Shown piece after piece: positions 1 through 9,585 of a stretch of 64,000 nt of DNA. This stretch comes from Arenicellales bacterium (GTDB lineage: Bacteria; Pseudomonadota; Gammaproteobacteria; BMS3Bbin11). The stretch covers positions 293 to 64,292 of the forward strand of contig JARFQE010000055.1 of the NCBI GenBank assembly GCA_029287915.1, read 5' to 3'. Below the pieces are notes generated by a model. It saw only the letters and a program-made list of their open reading frames with translations. It had not been told where the DNA came from and did not search any database. The translations under genes and the position numbers were made by a program. Within the stretch, counting starts at the first letter, position 1. Each line of letters starts with the position of its first letter.

Positions 1-2
1 AC

Positions 3-287
3 CGGGAAACCGAAGTACGCAAGCTATCCAGCCAGTTGCTGCGTGCCCAGTCATCGCTACGGATACTTGATCGGCAGATTGGTCTTTATCGTGACCGGCT
101 GATTCCACAGTCCCATAGCCACTCCGAACTGTCGCTGAAAGCCTATGAAAACAACCGGGTTGAGTTCAATTCGGTGGTGCGTGCGCGGGTGGCGGAACTC
201 GATACCCGCATCAAGGAGATACGTCTTCAAGTAGACCGTGCACAAACCATTGCCACGCTAAATTACCTTGCTGGAGAAGCAAAATGA
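3..287 (+). CDS. TolC/CusC-family outer membrane efflux protein, C-terminal part (runs off left edge)
   Basis: Frame is open from position 3 (RETEVRKLSSQLLRAQ...). Helical OEP-like C-terminus (LIPQS...LSLKAYENN...LNYLAG). Stop overlaps the cusB start (ATGA). Confidence 0.8.
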   Translation, partial: RETEVRKLSSQLLRAQSSLRILDRQIGLYRDRLIPQSHSHSELSLKAYENNRVEFNSVVRARVAELDTRIKEIRLQVDRAQTIATLNYLAGEAK

Positions 288-1477
288 GAAATAATTATTT
301 CATTATATGCCTGTTATTGACAGGGCTATTAGCCGGCTGCAGCGAAAACGGAGAAATGAGTTCCGAAAGCATGGATGCAGAATCAGGAAAGGAAATTGAT
401 TACTGGGTGGCGCCGATGGATGCCAACTATCGCCGTGACAAGCCGGGCAAGTCACCGATGGGTATGGACCTGGTGCCGGTGTATGAAGATTCTGACGTTG
501 ACTCGGGTGCAGTGACTATATCTCCTGCAATTGTACAGAACCTCGGTGTACGCACTGCAGCGGTCGAAAGAGGACGACTCGGTCGTATGATCGACACGGT
601 TGGCTATGTTTCCTTTGACGAATCATTGATTGGTCATATACATCTTCGCGTTGAAGGCTGGGTCGAAAAAGTATTTGTCAGTTATGAAGGCGAAAGAGTA
701 AAGAAGGGTGATCCGCTGTTCGAGCTTTATTCGCCGACACTGGTAAACGCACAGGAAGAATATCTGGAGTCACTAAAGAGCAACAACCAGAGATTAATAC
801 GTTCATCACGGGACCGTCTGTTATCACTTGATATCTCTGCTGATCAGATCGACAGCCTGAAGAAAACCAGAAAAGTAAAACAACATATCACTTTTCGCGC
901 AGCACAGGATGGTATCGTTACATCACTTAATGCTCCGGTAGGGATGTATGTAAAACCGGCTACTCGCGTGATGTCTCTAGTTGACCTGTCAAAAGTGTGG
1001 GTGCAGGTAGAGGTGTTTGAGCGTCAGGTGGAATGGGTCAAGGAAGGTCAGCCAGCAGAAATGACACTTTCTTTTATTCCAGGCAAGGTGTGGGATGGCA
1101 ATGTTGTTTATGTCTATCCTGAACTGGATAAAAAGACCCGAACACTGCGCGTCAGGCTGCAATTTGATAATCCTGATGAAAGCCTGAAGCCGAATATGTA
1201 TGCCAATGTAAAACTGTACACCGGCATCAAGACGGATGTATTGAGTGTGCCGAGTGAAGCGGTTATCAACAGCGGCAGGATGACCAGGGTCCTGATCGCC
1301 AAAGGTGACGGTAAATTCATTCCCCGCCAGGTCACCACGGGAATCGAATCTGGCGACTACACAGAAATCCTGTCTGGACTCACGGAAGGTGACAGGGTCG
1401 TCGTGTCAGGTCAGTTTCTGATCGATTCTGAGGCAAGCCTGAAAGGCAGTCTGACTCGTATGGGTGACGGAGAATAA
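284..1477 (+). CDS. cusB: CusB-like efflux RND periplasmic adaptor subunit
   Basis: Lipoprotein-like signal (LLAGC), heavy-metal-binding motif YWVAPMD...PGKSPMGMDLVP, membrane-fusion core; lies between the OMF and RND genes. Confidence 0.92.
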   Translation: MRNNYFIICLLLTGLLAGCSENGEMSSESMDAESGKEIDYWVAPMDANYRRDKPGKSPMGMDLVPVYEDSDVDSGAVTISPAIVQNLGVRTAAVERGRLGRMIDTVGYVSFDESLIGHIHLRVEGWVEKVFVSYEGERVKKGDPLFELYSPTLVNAQEEYLESLKSNNQRLIRSSRDRLLSLDISADQIDSLKKTRKVKQHITFRAAQDGIVTSLNAPVGMYVKPATRVMSLVDLSKVWVQVEVFERQVEWVKEGQPAEMTLSFIPGKVWDGNVVYVYPELDKKTRTLRVRLQFDNPDESLKPNMYANVKLYTGIKTDVLSVPSEAVINSGRMTRVLIAKGDGKFIPRQVTTGIESGDYTEILSGLTEGDRVVVSGQFLIDSEASLKGSLTRMGDGE

Positions 1478-4400
1478 CAACATGATAGAACATGTCATAA
1501 ATTGGTCACTGAAAAACCGTTTCCTTGTCCTGGTTTTGACCGCAGTGCTCGTTGGTTGGGGAATAAATGCGGTTCGCAACATTCCTCTTGATGCGATACC
1601 GGATCTGTCAGATGTGCAGGTGATTGTGAAGACATCCTACCCTGGTCAGGCACCGCAGGTTGTTGAAGACCAGGTTACCTACCCGATGACAACTGCAATG
1701 TTGTCCGTGCCGAAGGCGACTACGGTACGCGGTTATTCGTTTTTTGGCGACTCCTACGTCTATGTCATCTTCGAAGACGGTACAGACCCGTACTGGGCAC
1801 GGTCAAGGGTACTCGAATATATTAATCAGGCTGCAGCTATATTACCGCCGCAGGCGACTCCTGCACTGGGGCCAGATGCGACAGGTGTCGGCTGGGTTTA
1901 TGAATATGCACTCGTTGACCGTAGCGGCAGCAAGGATCTTGCCGAACTGCGCAGCCTGCAGGACTGGTTTCTCAAGTTCGAGTTGCAGACTGTTGAAGGT
2001 GTCTCAGAAGTGGCAACGGTTGGAGGCATGGTAAAGCAGTACCAGGTTGTTATCGATCCTAACAAGCTGCGAGCCTATAACCTCCCGTTAAACAGGATAA
2101 AAAGTGCGATACAAAGTGCCAACCAGGAGGTCGGCGGCTCGGTCATTGAAATGGCTGAAGCTGAGTATATGGTGCGAGCAACAGGTTATATAACCAAGAA
2201 GCGTGACCTTGCCAGTATCGTGGTCGCGATGAGTGAGGAAGGTACGCCGATACAGCTGGCAGATATCGCAAAAATAGGTACCGGACCGCAGATGCGCAGA
2301 GGTATAGCTGAGCTGGATGGAGAGGGCGAGGTCGTCGGCGGTATTGTCGTCATGCGTTATGGCGAAAATGCGCTGACTACGATCGAGGCGGTAAAGAAAA
2401 AACTTGAAGAATTGAGCCGAGGGTTACCTGCTGGTGTCGAGATCGTCGAGACCTACAATCGTTCAAGCCTGATCAAGCGGGCCGTGGAAACATTGAATGG
2501 TAAGCTGCTTGAAGAGTTTATTGTCGTAATCCTGGTCTGCCTGGTGTTCCTGTTTCATCTTCGTTCAGCACTGGTCATTGTGTTGTCATTGCCTGTCGGT
2601 ATACTGGCCGCATTTATCGTTATGCAGTCTCAGGGCATCAATGCCAACATCATGTCTCTCGGGGGCATTGCCATCGCTATCGGTGCCATGGTCGATGCAG
2701 CGATCGTGATGATTGAGAATGTGCACAAGCATATCGAACGGCAGGGCGATAGGAATTTCGATCGATGGGAGCTGATTAGATCGGCGTCGATTGAGGTCGG
2801 GCCGCCGCTATTTTTCTCTTTGCTGATTATTACCCTGTCTTTTCTACCGGTTTTCACGCTGCAGGCCCAGGAAGGTAAATTGTTTGCACCACTTGCTTAT
2901 ACCAAGACCTATGCGATGGCCGCTGCGGCATTCCTGTCCATCACCCTGGTGCCGGTGCTGATGGGGTACTTCATACGTGGCAAGATCACACCGGAGCATA
3001 AAAACCCGATAAACCGTCTATTGATCACTGTCTACAGGCCAGTGATAAATATGATATTAAATAAACCAAGAGTCGCCATTGCATTAGCAGTCATCCTTGC
3101 ACTAACTATGGTGCTGCCTGTCTCTGGTGTTGGGTCTTTAATCTCGCCAATCAAATGGCCAGCACAAATTGCATTGTCACTTAAAAATGATCCAGGCAGC
3201 GAGCAACCTATTAACAGCTATATCTCTACGATTGAAGGTTGGCAGGATGAACTGAGAGAGAGCTGGAGAAGCATGTTCAGCTGGAGTGAAACGATGGCGG
3301 GGTTGGCTGATGGGATAGGTGCAGAGTTCATGCCTGATCTCGACGAGGGCGATATTATGTATATGCCAACGACCTTTCCGGGCATATCAATTGGTAAGGC
3401 TCAGCAGCTGCTACAGCAGACTGACAAGCTGTTAAAAACGATACCGGAGGTCAGGTCTGTCTTTGGCAAGATAGGTCGTGCGGAGACAGCTACCGATCCC
3501 GCACCGTTGACGATGATTGAAACAACTATTCAGCTCAAGCCGCGCAGAGAATGGCGCGAGGGCGTGACATCTGAGTCTTTACGACGTGAAATGGATGCAC
3601 TGATCAAGTTTCCTGGTCTGACCAATGCTTTTGTTATGCCGATCAAGACCCGTATCGATATGCTGGCGACAGGTATCAAGACGCCAGTGGGTATCAAGGT
3701 GGCAGGCCCGGATCTTGACGTTATCCAGGATATCGGTAAGGAGGTTGAAAAAGTGGTCAAAACAGTACCGGGTACCGTATCGGCCTATTCAGAGCGTGTT
3801 GCAGGCGGTCGCTATGTCACGGTTGATATTCGGCGTCGGGATGCAGGCAGGCTTGGATTGAATGTAGATGATATCCAGTCTGTCATTATGGCTGCAGTTG
3901 GCGGCATGAACGTTTCTCAAAGTGTAGAGGGACTCGAGCGTTATCCGATCAATATCAGGTATCCGCGTGACATCCGAAACTCTGTAGAAAAGTTACGAAA
4001 TTTACCAATCGTAACACCAAGTGGTGCAAATATATCTCTTGGTGAGGTCGCAGATATCCGCATTGAGTCCGGCCCCGCTATGATCAAGTCAGAGGATGCG
4101 CGGCTTAATGGATGGACCTTCGTCGATATCGAAGGGCGTGATCTCGGTTCCTATGTCGCAGAAGCACAGCGTGTCGTTTCTGAAAAAGTACAATTGCCGG
4201 CCGGTTATTCGATATCCTGGTCGGGTCAGTACGAGTATCTTGTCCGTGCCAAACAGCGATTGTCCCAGGTCGTTCCTATCACACTGGCAATAATCCTGTT
4301 ACTTCTTTACCTGAACTTTAGAAATATTACAGAAGTTCTGATCATTATGGGGACACTACCCCTCGCGCTTACCGGTGGCTTCTGGCTATTACATATTCTA

Positions 4401-4781
4401 CAGTACAATATGTCAGTCGCGGTTGGTGTCGGTTTTATCGCACTGGCCGGTGTTGCCGTTGAGATTGGTGTCGTCATGCTGGTTTATCTGAACCAGGCCT
4501 GGCAAAAGATGAATGAAAAATGCCATGACCAGCCAGATTTCGACGACCTGAAGGAAGCCGTTATCAATGGCGCACTATTAAGAGTGCGCCCGGTTATGAT
4601 GACAGTAGCATCCATTATTGCCGGTCTGATGCCAATAATGCTGGGTAGCGGCACAGGATCTGAGGTCATGCGAAGGATTGCAGCGCCGATGGTAGGGGGG
4701 ATGATCAGTGCCACTTTGCTGACACTGATCATACTCCCAGCTGTATTCATGTTGTGGAAGAAAAAAGAAACGAGTGGATAA
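1464..4781 (+). CDS. cusA: CusA/CzcA-family heavy-metal efflux RND transporter (Cu/Ag type); start may be ATG 1482
   Basis: DAIPDLSDVQVIV, GPDATGVGWVY, IGAMVDAAIVMIEN, RVRPVMMT. Methionines in YMP, LTMIET and VMPIK match the CusA Met triad. Carries a ~62-aa insertion (see findings). Confidence 0.95.
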   Translation: MTENNNMIEHVINWSLKNRFLVLVLTAVLVGWGINAVRNIPLDAIPDLSDVQVIVKTSYPGQAPQVVEDQVTYPMTTAMLSVPKATTVRGYSFFGDSYVYVIFEDGTDPYWARSRVLEYINQAAAILPPQATPALGPDATGVGWVYEYALVDRSGSKDLAELRSLQDWFLKFELQTVEGVSEVATVGGMVKQYQVVIDPNKLRAYNLPLNRIKSAIQSANQEVGGSVIEMAEAEYMVRATGYITKKRDLASIVVAMSEEGTPIQLADIAKIGTGPQMRRGIAELDGEGEVVGGIVVMRYGENALTTIEAVKKKLEELSRGLPAGVEIVETYNRSSLIKRAVETLNGKLLEEFIVVILVCLVFLFHLRSALVIVLSLPVGILAAFIVMQSQGINANIMSLGGIAIAIGAMVDAAIVMIENVHKHIERQGDRNFDRWELIRSASIEVGPPLFFSLLIITLSFLPVFTLQAQEGKLFAPLAYTKTYAMAAAAFLSITLVPVLMGYFIRGKITPEHKNPINRLLITVYRPVINMILNKPRVAIALAVILALTMVLPVSGVGSLISPIKWPAQIALSLKNDPGSEQPINSYISTIEGWQDELRESWRSMFSWSETMAGLADGIGAEFMPDLDEGDIMYMPTTFPGISIGKAQQLLQQTDKLLKTIPEVRSVFGKIGRAETATDPAPLTMIETTIQLKPRREWREGVTSESLRREMDALIKFPGLTNAFVMPIKTRIDMLATGIKTPVGIKVAGPDLDVIQDIGKEVEKVVKTVPGTVSAYSERVAGGRYVTVDIRRRDAGRLGLNVDDIQSVIMAAVGGMNVSQSVEGLERYPINIRYPRDIRNSVEKLRNLPIVTPSGANISLGEVADIRIESGPAMIKSEDARLNGWTFVDIEGRDLGSYVAEAQRVVSEKVQLPAGYSISWSGQYEYLVRAKQRLSQVVPITLAIILLLLYLNFRNITEVLIIMGTLPLALTGGFWLLHILQYNMSVAVGVGFIALAGVAVEIGVVMLVYLNQAWQKMNEKCHDQPDFDDLKEAVINGALLRVRPVMMTVASIIAGLMPIMLGSGTGSEVMRRIAAPMVGGMISATLLTLIILPAVFMLWKKKETSG

Positions 4782-4785
4782 ACAT

Positions 4786-4895
4786 GAGTTTCTGAGTTCA
4801 AGTTTCAATAAAAAGGTTTTGCGTTTTACGTTTCTGATTTAACTAAGCTAATATTTACTTTCGTCTTGACACTTGAAACCTGACACTTGAAACTT
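4786..4895. repeat. Intergenic inverted heptamer-repeat element
   Basis: Left arm gagtttctgagttcaagtttcaa; right arm cttgaca-cttgaaa-cctgaca-cttgaaa-ctt, whose reverse complement (aagtttcaagtgtcaggtttcaag) matches the left arm; AT-rich spacer. Confidence 0.6.
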
Positions 4896-4901
4896 CTTCC
4901 C

Positions 4902-5954
4902 ATGAACACCCTTCATGAAAACGGCAGTGCATTACGAATAGCACTGGGCCTGGCAAGCTTTATTATCATTGTCGCCGGCATGAAGGCTGCAGCCTCAATA
5001 ATAGTACCCTTCCTGCTTTCGGCCTTTATAGCGATCCTTTGCGCGCCACTGATCAACTCGCTGAAAAGCTGGGGTATGCCCATGTGGCTGGCATTGGCTA
5101 CGGTAGTTATCCTCGTTGCTCTTGCCGGTAGTGTGATCATTTCTATTGTTGGCAGCTCAATTCATAATTTTTCTAGCCAGTTGCCTGAATACCAGAGCAG
5201 GCTTCAGGAACAAATTAATAACCTGTCAAGCTGGTTAAGTGCCCGTGGCATCGACTGGTATGATGCTGAACTTCAGCAGTACATCAATCCGGGTGTTGCA
5301 CTTAGATTTGTCGGCAGGGTCTTCAATGGACTTGGCGCCCTGCTGGCAAATGGTTTTTTAATCTTCCTGACGGTGATGTTTTTACTTTTTGAGGGTGTTG
5401 CCCTGAAGGACAAAATGAAAACAATCACCGGCGAGTTAGATGACAATCAGACGCAGCAAACAACGGAGTTTCTTGCTAGCGTCAATAAATATATGGCGAT
5501 CAAAAGCTTAACCAGCCTCGGTACCGGTCTACTGATCAGTATCTGGATGTGGATACTGGGCATTGACTATGCATTATTATGGGGGCTGCTGGCCTTCCTG
5601 CTCAATTATATTCCCAATATCGGATCGATTATCGCAGCTATACCCGCTGTATTGCTGGCAGTGGTAACCGGTGGTCCTTTTATTGCACTATGGGTAGTAG
5701 CTGGATATTTACTGGTGAATACCCTGGTTGGAAATATTATTGAGCCGAAATTCCTCGGCGATCGGCTGGGTCTCTCCACTCTTGTAGTGTTTCTTTCCCT
5801 GGTCTTCTGGGGCTGGGTGCTGGGTACAACAGGCATGTTCCTGTCCGTGCCTCTGACGATGGTGCTAAAGCTGGCGCTGGAAGCGCGACCGGAGACACAG
5901 TGGATTGCTATTCTGTTAGGTACCGGTGGCTTATCGGAAAAGACTGAAAGCTGA
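4902..5954 (+). CDS. AI-2E (PerM/YhhT) family transporter
   Basis: Multi-TM protein with LLNYIPNIGS and IEPKFLGDRLGLS...WGWVLG..GMFLSVPLT family motifs. Confidence 0.9.
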   Translation: MNTLHENGSALRIALGLASFIIIVAGMKAAASIIVPFLLSAFIAILCAPLINSLKSWGMPMWLALATVVILVALAGSVIISIVGSSIHNFSSQLPEYQSRLQEQINNLSSWLSARGIDWYDAELQQYINPGVALRFVGRVFNGLGALLANGFLIFLTVMFLLFEGVALKDKMKTITGELDDNQTQQTTEFLASVNKYMAIKSLTSLGTGLLISIWMWILGIDYALLWGLLAFLLNYIPNIGSIIAAIPAVLLAVVTGGPFIALWVVAGYLLVNTLVGNIIEPKFLGDRLGLSTLVVFLSLVFWGWVLGTTGMFLSVPLTMVLKLALEARPETQWIAILLGTGGLSEKTES

Positions 5955-5957
5955 TCA

Positions 5958-6095
5958 GCACGAAACACAGACCGCGCTGACCTTCTTTCAGGCGACACAG
6001 ACGAGACATAAGTCGCACTGCACGCGACCATCTTCCAATTTATGCCAGTAGTGAGTTGGATGCCGACTGCTGGTGATGGTCTTTGTATCACTGAT
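5958..6095 (-). pseudogene. amrS: Remnant of AmmeMemoRadiSam radical SAM gene (N-terminal ~45 codons, frameshifted and truncated)
   Basis: Minus strand reads ATC-SDTKTITSSRHPTHYWHKLEDGRVQCDLC, then after one missing base RLCRLKEGQRGLCFV, matching the AmrS N-terminus (YWH.LEDGRvQCDLCPR.C.L.EGQRGLCFVR). Divergent from amrB-A; similarity stops at the AI-2E gene end. Confidence 0.85.
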
Positions 6096-6287
6096 AAAAG
6101 TTCACGCATGTTTAATATCAATACCGATGGTGCTGAATTTAATTATATTCAGCGAAATGATTTACTATGAGAAAGTCATTTTCGTTTTATCATTAACTTA
6201 ACAAATATCGCGTTGCTGCATCGTTGCTAGGGTATCATTATGCAAAATAGAGTAAGATAAGGTGATGTATTTTACGGGGAAATAATA

Positions 6288-7661
6288 ATGCTACATACAA
6301 GAGAACCAGCTGTTGCCGGCGCATTCTACCCCGCTGATTCGGAGGTATTGCATCAGCAGCTAACAGACATGCTGGACAGGGCGCCTTTTCAGGGAACTCA
6401 CCCCAAGGCCATCATTGTGCCGCATGCTGGTTATATTTATTCTGGACAGCTGGCTGCCAAGGCCTACGCATCTTTGCAAGCACAGCGCGAGAAAATCAAA
6501 ACTGTCGTGTTATTAGGGCCCGCACACACGGTCTATTTTAGTGGAATTGCGGCACCAGCAGATGATGAATTCAGAACCCCGCTTGGCACCATACCGATCG
6601 ATCAGCAAGCCATTGAGGGTTTGGTTGAAAAATTAGAATTTGTACAGCGTTTGCCACAGCCTCATCGGGACGAACACTGTCTTGAGGTGCAGCTGCCGTT
6701 CCTGCAGGAGGTGCTGGAAAACTTTAAGCTGATTCCATTAGTGGTTGGTGATGCCAGTCCAGATCAGGTTGAAAAGGTGATTGATAATCTATGGGGTGAT
6801 GAAAGCACATTGATTGTCATCAGTTCAGATCTTAGTCATTTCCATGATTATGAGACGGCGCAAGCTTTGGACAGCCAGACAGCGTCAGCTATAGAAGGTC
6901 TGCAGCCACAGGAGTTGAATGGACAGCGAGCATGTGGGTATTTGCCGGTTACCGGTCTGCTACTGGCCGCACAAAGGAGGCAGATAAAGCCCGAGCGAGT
7001 AGGCTTATGCAATTCGGGGGATACTGCTGGAGATAAAGTCAGGGTGGTCGGTTATGGCGCATGGCTTTTGCCCGACCATGAAACCAAGCAGCGAGGATTG
7101 TCAGATGCGCAAAAAAGTAGCCTAAAAAAACTGGCTCTGGCGTCAATAAGGCATGGGCTGGAAACAGGAAGACCAATTTCCGTGGATGCTTTTATCGATG
7201 AAGACGAAGACGGGACAAGTTTGCCTGACTATGACGGTGCAGCTTTTGTCACTCTCAAGAAGGATGGTGAGTTACGCGGTTGTATCGGTAGTCTGTCGGC
7301 AAATCGGCCGCTGCATGAAGATATTGCGGAGAATGCGTTTGCCGCGGCATTCCGAGACCATCGCTTTAGTGCAGTAACAGAATCAGAGCTGGATGATATA
7401 GAAATCTCTGTTTCGGTATTGACTCCACCAGAATCGATGACTTTTAGTTCTGAGCAGGATTTGATAGCACAATTACGACCGGGCATAGATGGTTTGATCA
7501 TAAGCGAAGGCGATAAGAGGGGAACATTTCTGCCATCTGTGTGGAAAAATTATCCTCAAGCTGATTCATTTTTGGCTCATCTTAAAATGAAAGCAGGCTT
7601 GCCTGCAGATTACTGGTCAGGCACCATTAAGGTTGAGCGCTATGAAACCGTATCCTGGTAG
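6288..7661 (+). CDS. amrB: AmmeMemoRadiSam protein B (MEMO1-like) fused to protein A (AMMECR1-like)
   Basis: N-half has REPAVAGAFYP, PHAGYIYSG, EHCLEVQLPFLQ, SSDLSHF, NSGD...VVGY. C-half has AAFVTL...LRGCIG, ISVSVLT, RPGIDGL, GTFLPSVW, LKMKAGL. Confidence 0.92.
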   Translation: MLHTREPAVAGAFYPADSEVLHQQLTDMLDRAPFQGTHPKAIIVPHAGYIYSGQLAAKAYASLQAQREKIKTVVLLGPAHTVYFSGIAAPADDEFRTPLGTIPIDQQAIEGLVEKLEFVQRLPQPHRDEHCLEVQLPFLQEVLENFKLIPLVVGDASPDQVEKVIDNLWGDESTLIVISSDLSHFHDYETAQALDSQTASAIEGLQPQELNGQRACGYLPVTGLLLAAQRRQIKPERVGLCNSGDTAGDKVRVVGYGAWLLPDHETKQRGLSDAQKSSLKKLALASIRHGLETGRPISVDAFIDEDEDGTSLPDYDGAAFVTLKKDGELRGCIGSLSANRPLHEDIAENAFAAAFRDHRFSAVTESELDDIEISVSVLTPPESMTFSSEQDLIAQLRPGIDGLIISEGDKRGTFLPSVWKNYPQADSFLAHLKMKAGLPADYWSGTIKVERYETVSW

Positions 7662-7688
7662 GTGCGGAAAACTAAAAAGTAGAAGACT

Positions 7689-8423
7689 ATGAGCCTAACA
7701 AAAAAAATATCGCAGCGTGTTATACCAATTAAGGATTTCTCATCCTGTGCCTACTGTTCCGTAAGACGTCTTTGTTTGCCTGTTTCAGTCGACAGGGAGG
7801 AAATAAATATTATTGATGATTTAGTTGCGAACAGACCTAGCCTCAACAAGAGTGATTATCTTTTTCATGCTGGCGATAAATTTAATTCGCTTTATGCCAT
7901 AAAATCAGGTGCAGTAAAGACTTATGGCAGCACGAAGGGTGGCAGGGAACAGATAACAGGTTTTCATTTTTCAGGGGAGCTGATCGGTCTTGACGCGATA
8001 GGAAACAATATGCACAACTGTAGTGCTGTGGCGCTGGAAAAAACGGTCATTTGTGCAATTCCATACAAAAGTATTGAAGAGGTGAGCCTTCATGTGCCTG
8101 CCATACAGCAGGAAATCACCCGCCTGATGAGCCGTGAAATCCGTAACGATGAAGAAATGTTAATGGCCATGGGCAGTATGCGTGCTGAACAGCGCGTTGC
8201 CTGTTTCCTTTTCAGCCTGTACAGGCGACTGCTTTTGCGAAGTAAAGAAAAATACACATTCAGGCTGCCGATGACACGAGAAGAAATCGGTAATTATCTG
8301 GGTCTGTCACTTGAAACTGTGAGTCGTCGTATGAGTAGCTTACATGAAGACGGTATTATCGATGTGGAAAATCGGTTAATTACGCTTCGGGACATTGATG
8401 CCCTGCAGGCAATTTGCCACTAA
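7689..8423 (+). CDS. fnr: FNR-like O2-sensing Crp/Fnr regulator
   Basis: N-terminal C-x2-C-x5-C (CAYCSVRRLC) plus a fourth Cys (VICAIP); HTH MTREEIGNYLGLSLETVSR. Confidence 0.8.
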   Translation: MSLTKKISQRVIPIKDFSSCAYCSVRRLCLPVSVDREEINIIDDLVANRPSLNKSDYLFHAGDKFNSLYAIKSGAVKTYGSTKGGREQITGFHFSGELIGLDAIGNNMHNCSAVALEKTVICAIPYKSIEEVSLHVPAIQQEITRLMSREIRNDEEMLMAMGSMRAEQRVACFLFSLYRRLLLRSKEKYTFRLPMTREEIGNYLGLSLETVSRRMSSLHEDGIIDVENRLITLRDIDALQAICH

Positions 8424-8469
8424 CACGCCCATTGCCGTCTTGATGGACATGAGCAGACGGAACAGGTAA

Positions 8470-9198
8470 GTGAATATGCAGAACAAAAACAATGAATTTG
8501 TCGTCCCTAAAGCACCACGTCTGGACCGCGCCGTCATTGATGAGTGGCTATCGCATTTTCCAGAGTTAAGCGGTCTGGATGACCCGGTCTGGCAGAAAAT
8601 ACTGGACTCAGCTCGCCCTGTTGAGCTGCCGGCAGGAACCACGGTCTTCCGTGATGGAGACGGCTGCCAGAATTACATGTTCGTGATTGAAGGTGCAGTC
8701 AGGGTACAGAAAATGGCCGAGAATGGGCGTGAAATTGTGCTCTACCGGGTCAATGCCGGTGAAGCATGCATCCTGACAACATCCTGCCTGCTTAGTCATC
8801 AGCGTTATCCTGCGGAAGGTATAACAGAGAACAGTCTTCGCGCTATTAGTATTCCTGTAAAGTTGTTCGATGACGGCATCGCAGGCTCCGCAGGATTCCG
8901 TTCCTTTGTGTTTTCAAGCTATGGTCGACGTATCGCTGACTTGATTCTATTGGTGGAAGATGTTGCATTCGGACGTATGGATATCCGCCTCGGTCAGTAT
9001 CTTCTCGATTCAGCTAATGATGATGGTGATATAGCCCTGACCCATCAGGCAATGGCAGCAGAGCTTGGTACCGCAAGGGAAGTTGTCAGTCGACAGCTGA
9101 AAGAGTTCGAACGACGAGGCTGGCTAAAGCTCGGGCGAGGAGTAATAAGCATCTCTGATTTACCTGCCCTGAAGGACCATTTGTCAACGCCTATTTAG
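8470..9198 (+). CDS. Crp/Fnr family transcriptional regulator
   Basis: cNMP-like domain (GREIVLYRVNAGEACILTTSCLL) and HTH THQAMAAELGTAREVVSRQLK. Confidence 0.9.
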   Translation: MNMQNKNNEFVVPKAPRLDRAVIDEWLSHFPELSGLDDPVWQKILDSARPVELPAGTTVFRDGDGCQNYMFVIEGAVRVQKMAENGREIVLYRVNAGEACILTTSCLLSHQRYPAEGITENSLRAISIPVKLFDDGIAGSAGFRSFVFSSYGRRIADLILLVEDVAFGRMDIRLGQYLLDSANDDGDIALTHQAMAAELGTAREVVSRQLKEFERRGWLKLGRGVISISDLPALKDHLSTPI

Positions 9199-9214
9199 TT
9201 CTGTTTTCTGCTTG

Positions 9215-9229
9215 TGTGATCTTGTCACA
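9215..9229. promoter_or_regulatory. Candidate Crp-family operator TGTGA-N5-TCACA
   Basis: tgtgatcttgtcaca lies just downstream of the Crp-family gene and upstream of DUF2892. Confidence 0.5.
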
Positions 9230-9358
9230 TACCAGCAAGTTCAAATCTGCAATAATCCGCTCTGATATTTTAAATGTATTCTTCATCTTCAATTGTACGT
9301 GATTATTTTCATTGAAGCAGAAGCAAACATTGATTCAAAGGCTATAAGGAGAGATAGA

Positions 9359-9559
9359 ATGAATGTAGAGAGAATAGTTTTTGCCTTCGCAGGCGTGGTA
9401 ATTCTTATTAGTGTATTATTAACCCAATATCACAACCCAAACTGGATGTGGTTGACAGTGTTTGTAGGCGCTAACCTGTTGCAATCTGCATTTACCCGTT
9501 TTTGCCCGTTGGCTACAATGCTTAAAAAAATCGGTGCGAAACCTGGCCAGGCATTCTGA
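9359..9559 (+). CDS. DUF2892 (YgaP-like) small membrane protein
   Basis: [12 protein letters not shown]...[17 protein letters not shown] family motif; AAGGAG RBS before ATG 9359. Confidence 0.88.
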   Translation: MNVERIVFAFAGVVILISVLLTQYHNPNWMWLTVFVGANLLQSAFTRFCPLATMLKKIGAKPGQAF

Positions 9560-9585
9560 AACAGGAAACTTAAGATTTGATTGAG

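Noticed and set aside
5606-6121. 171-aa minus-strand ORF from the track
   Set aside because: Mostly antisense to the AI-2E gene; the real signal is the amrS remnant in the other two minus frames.
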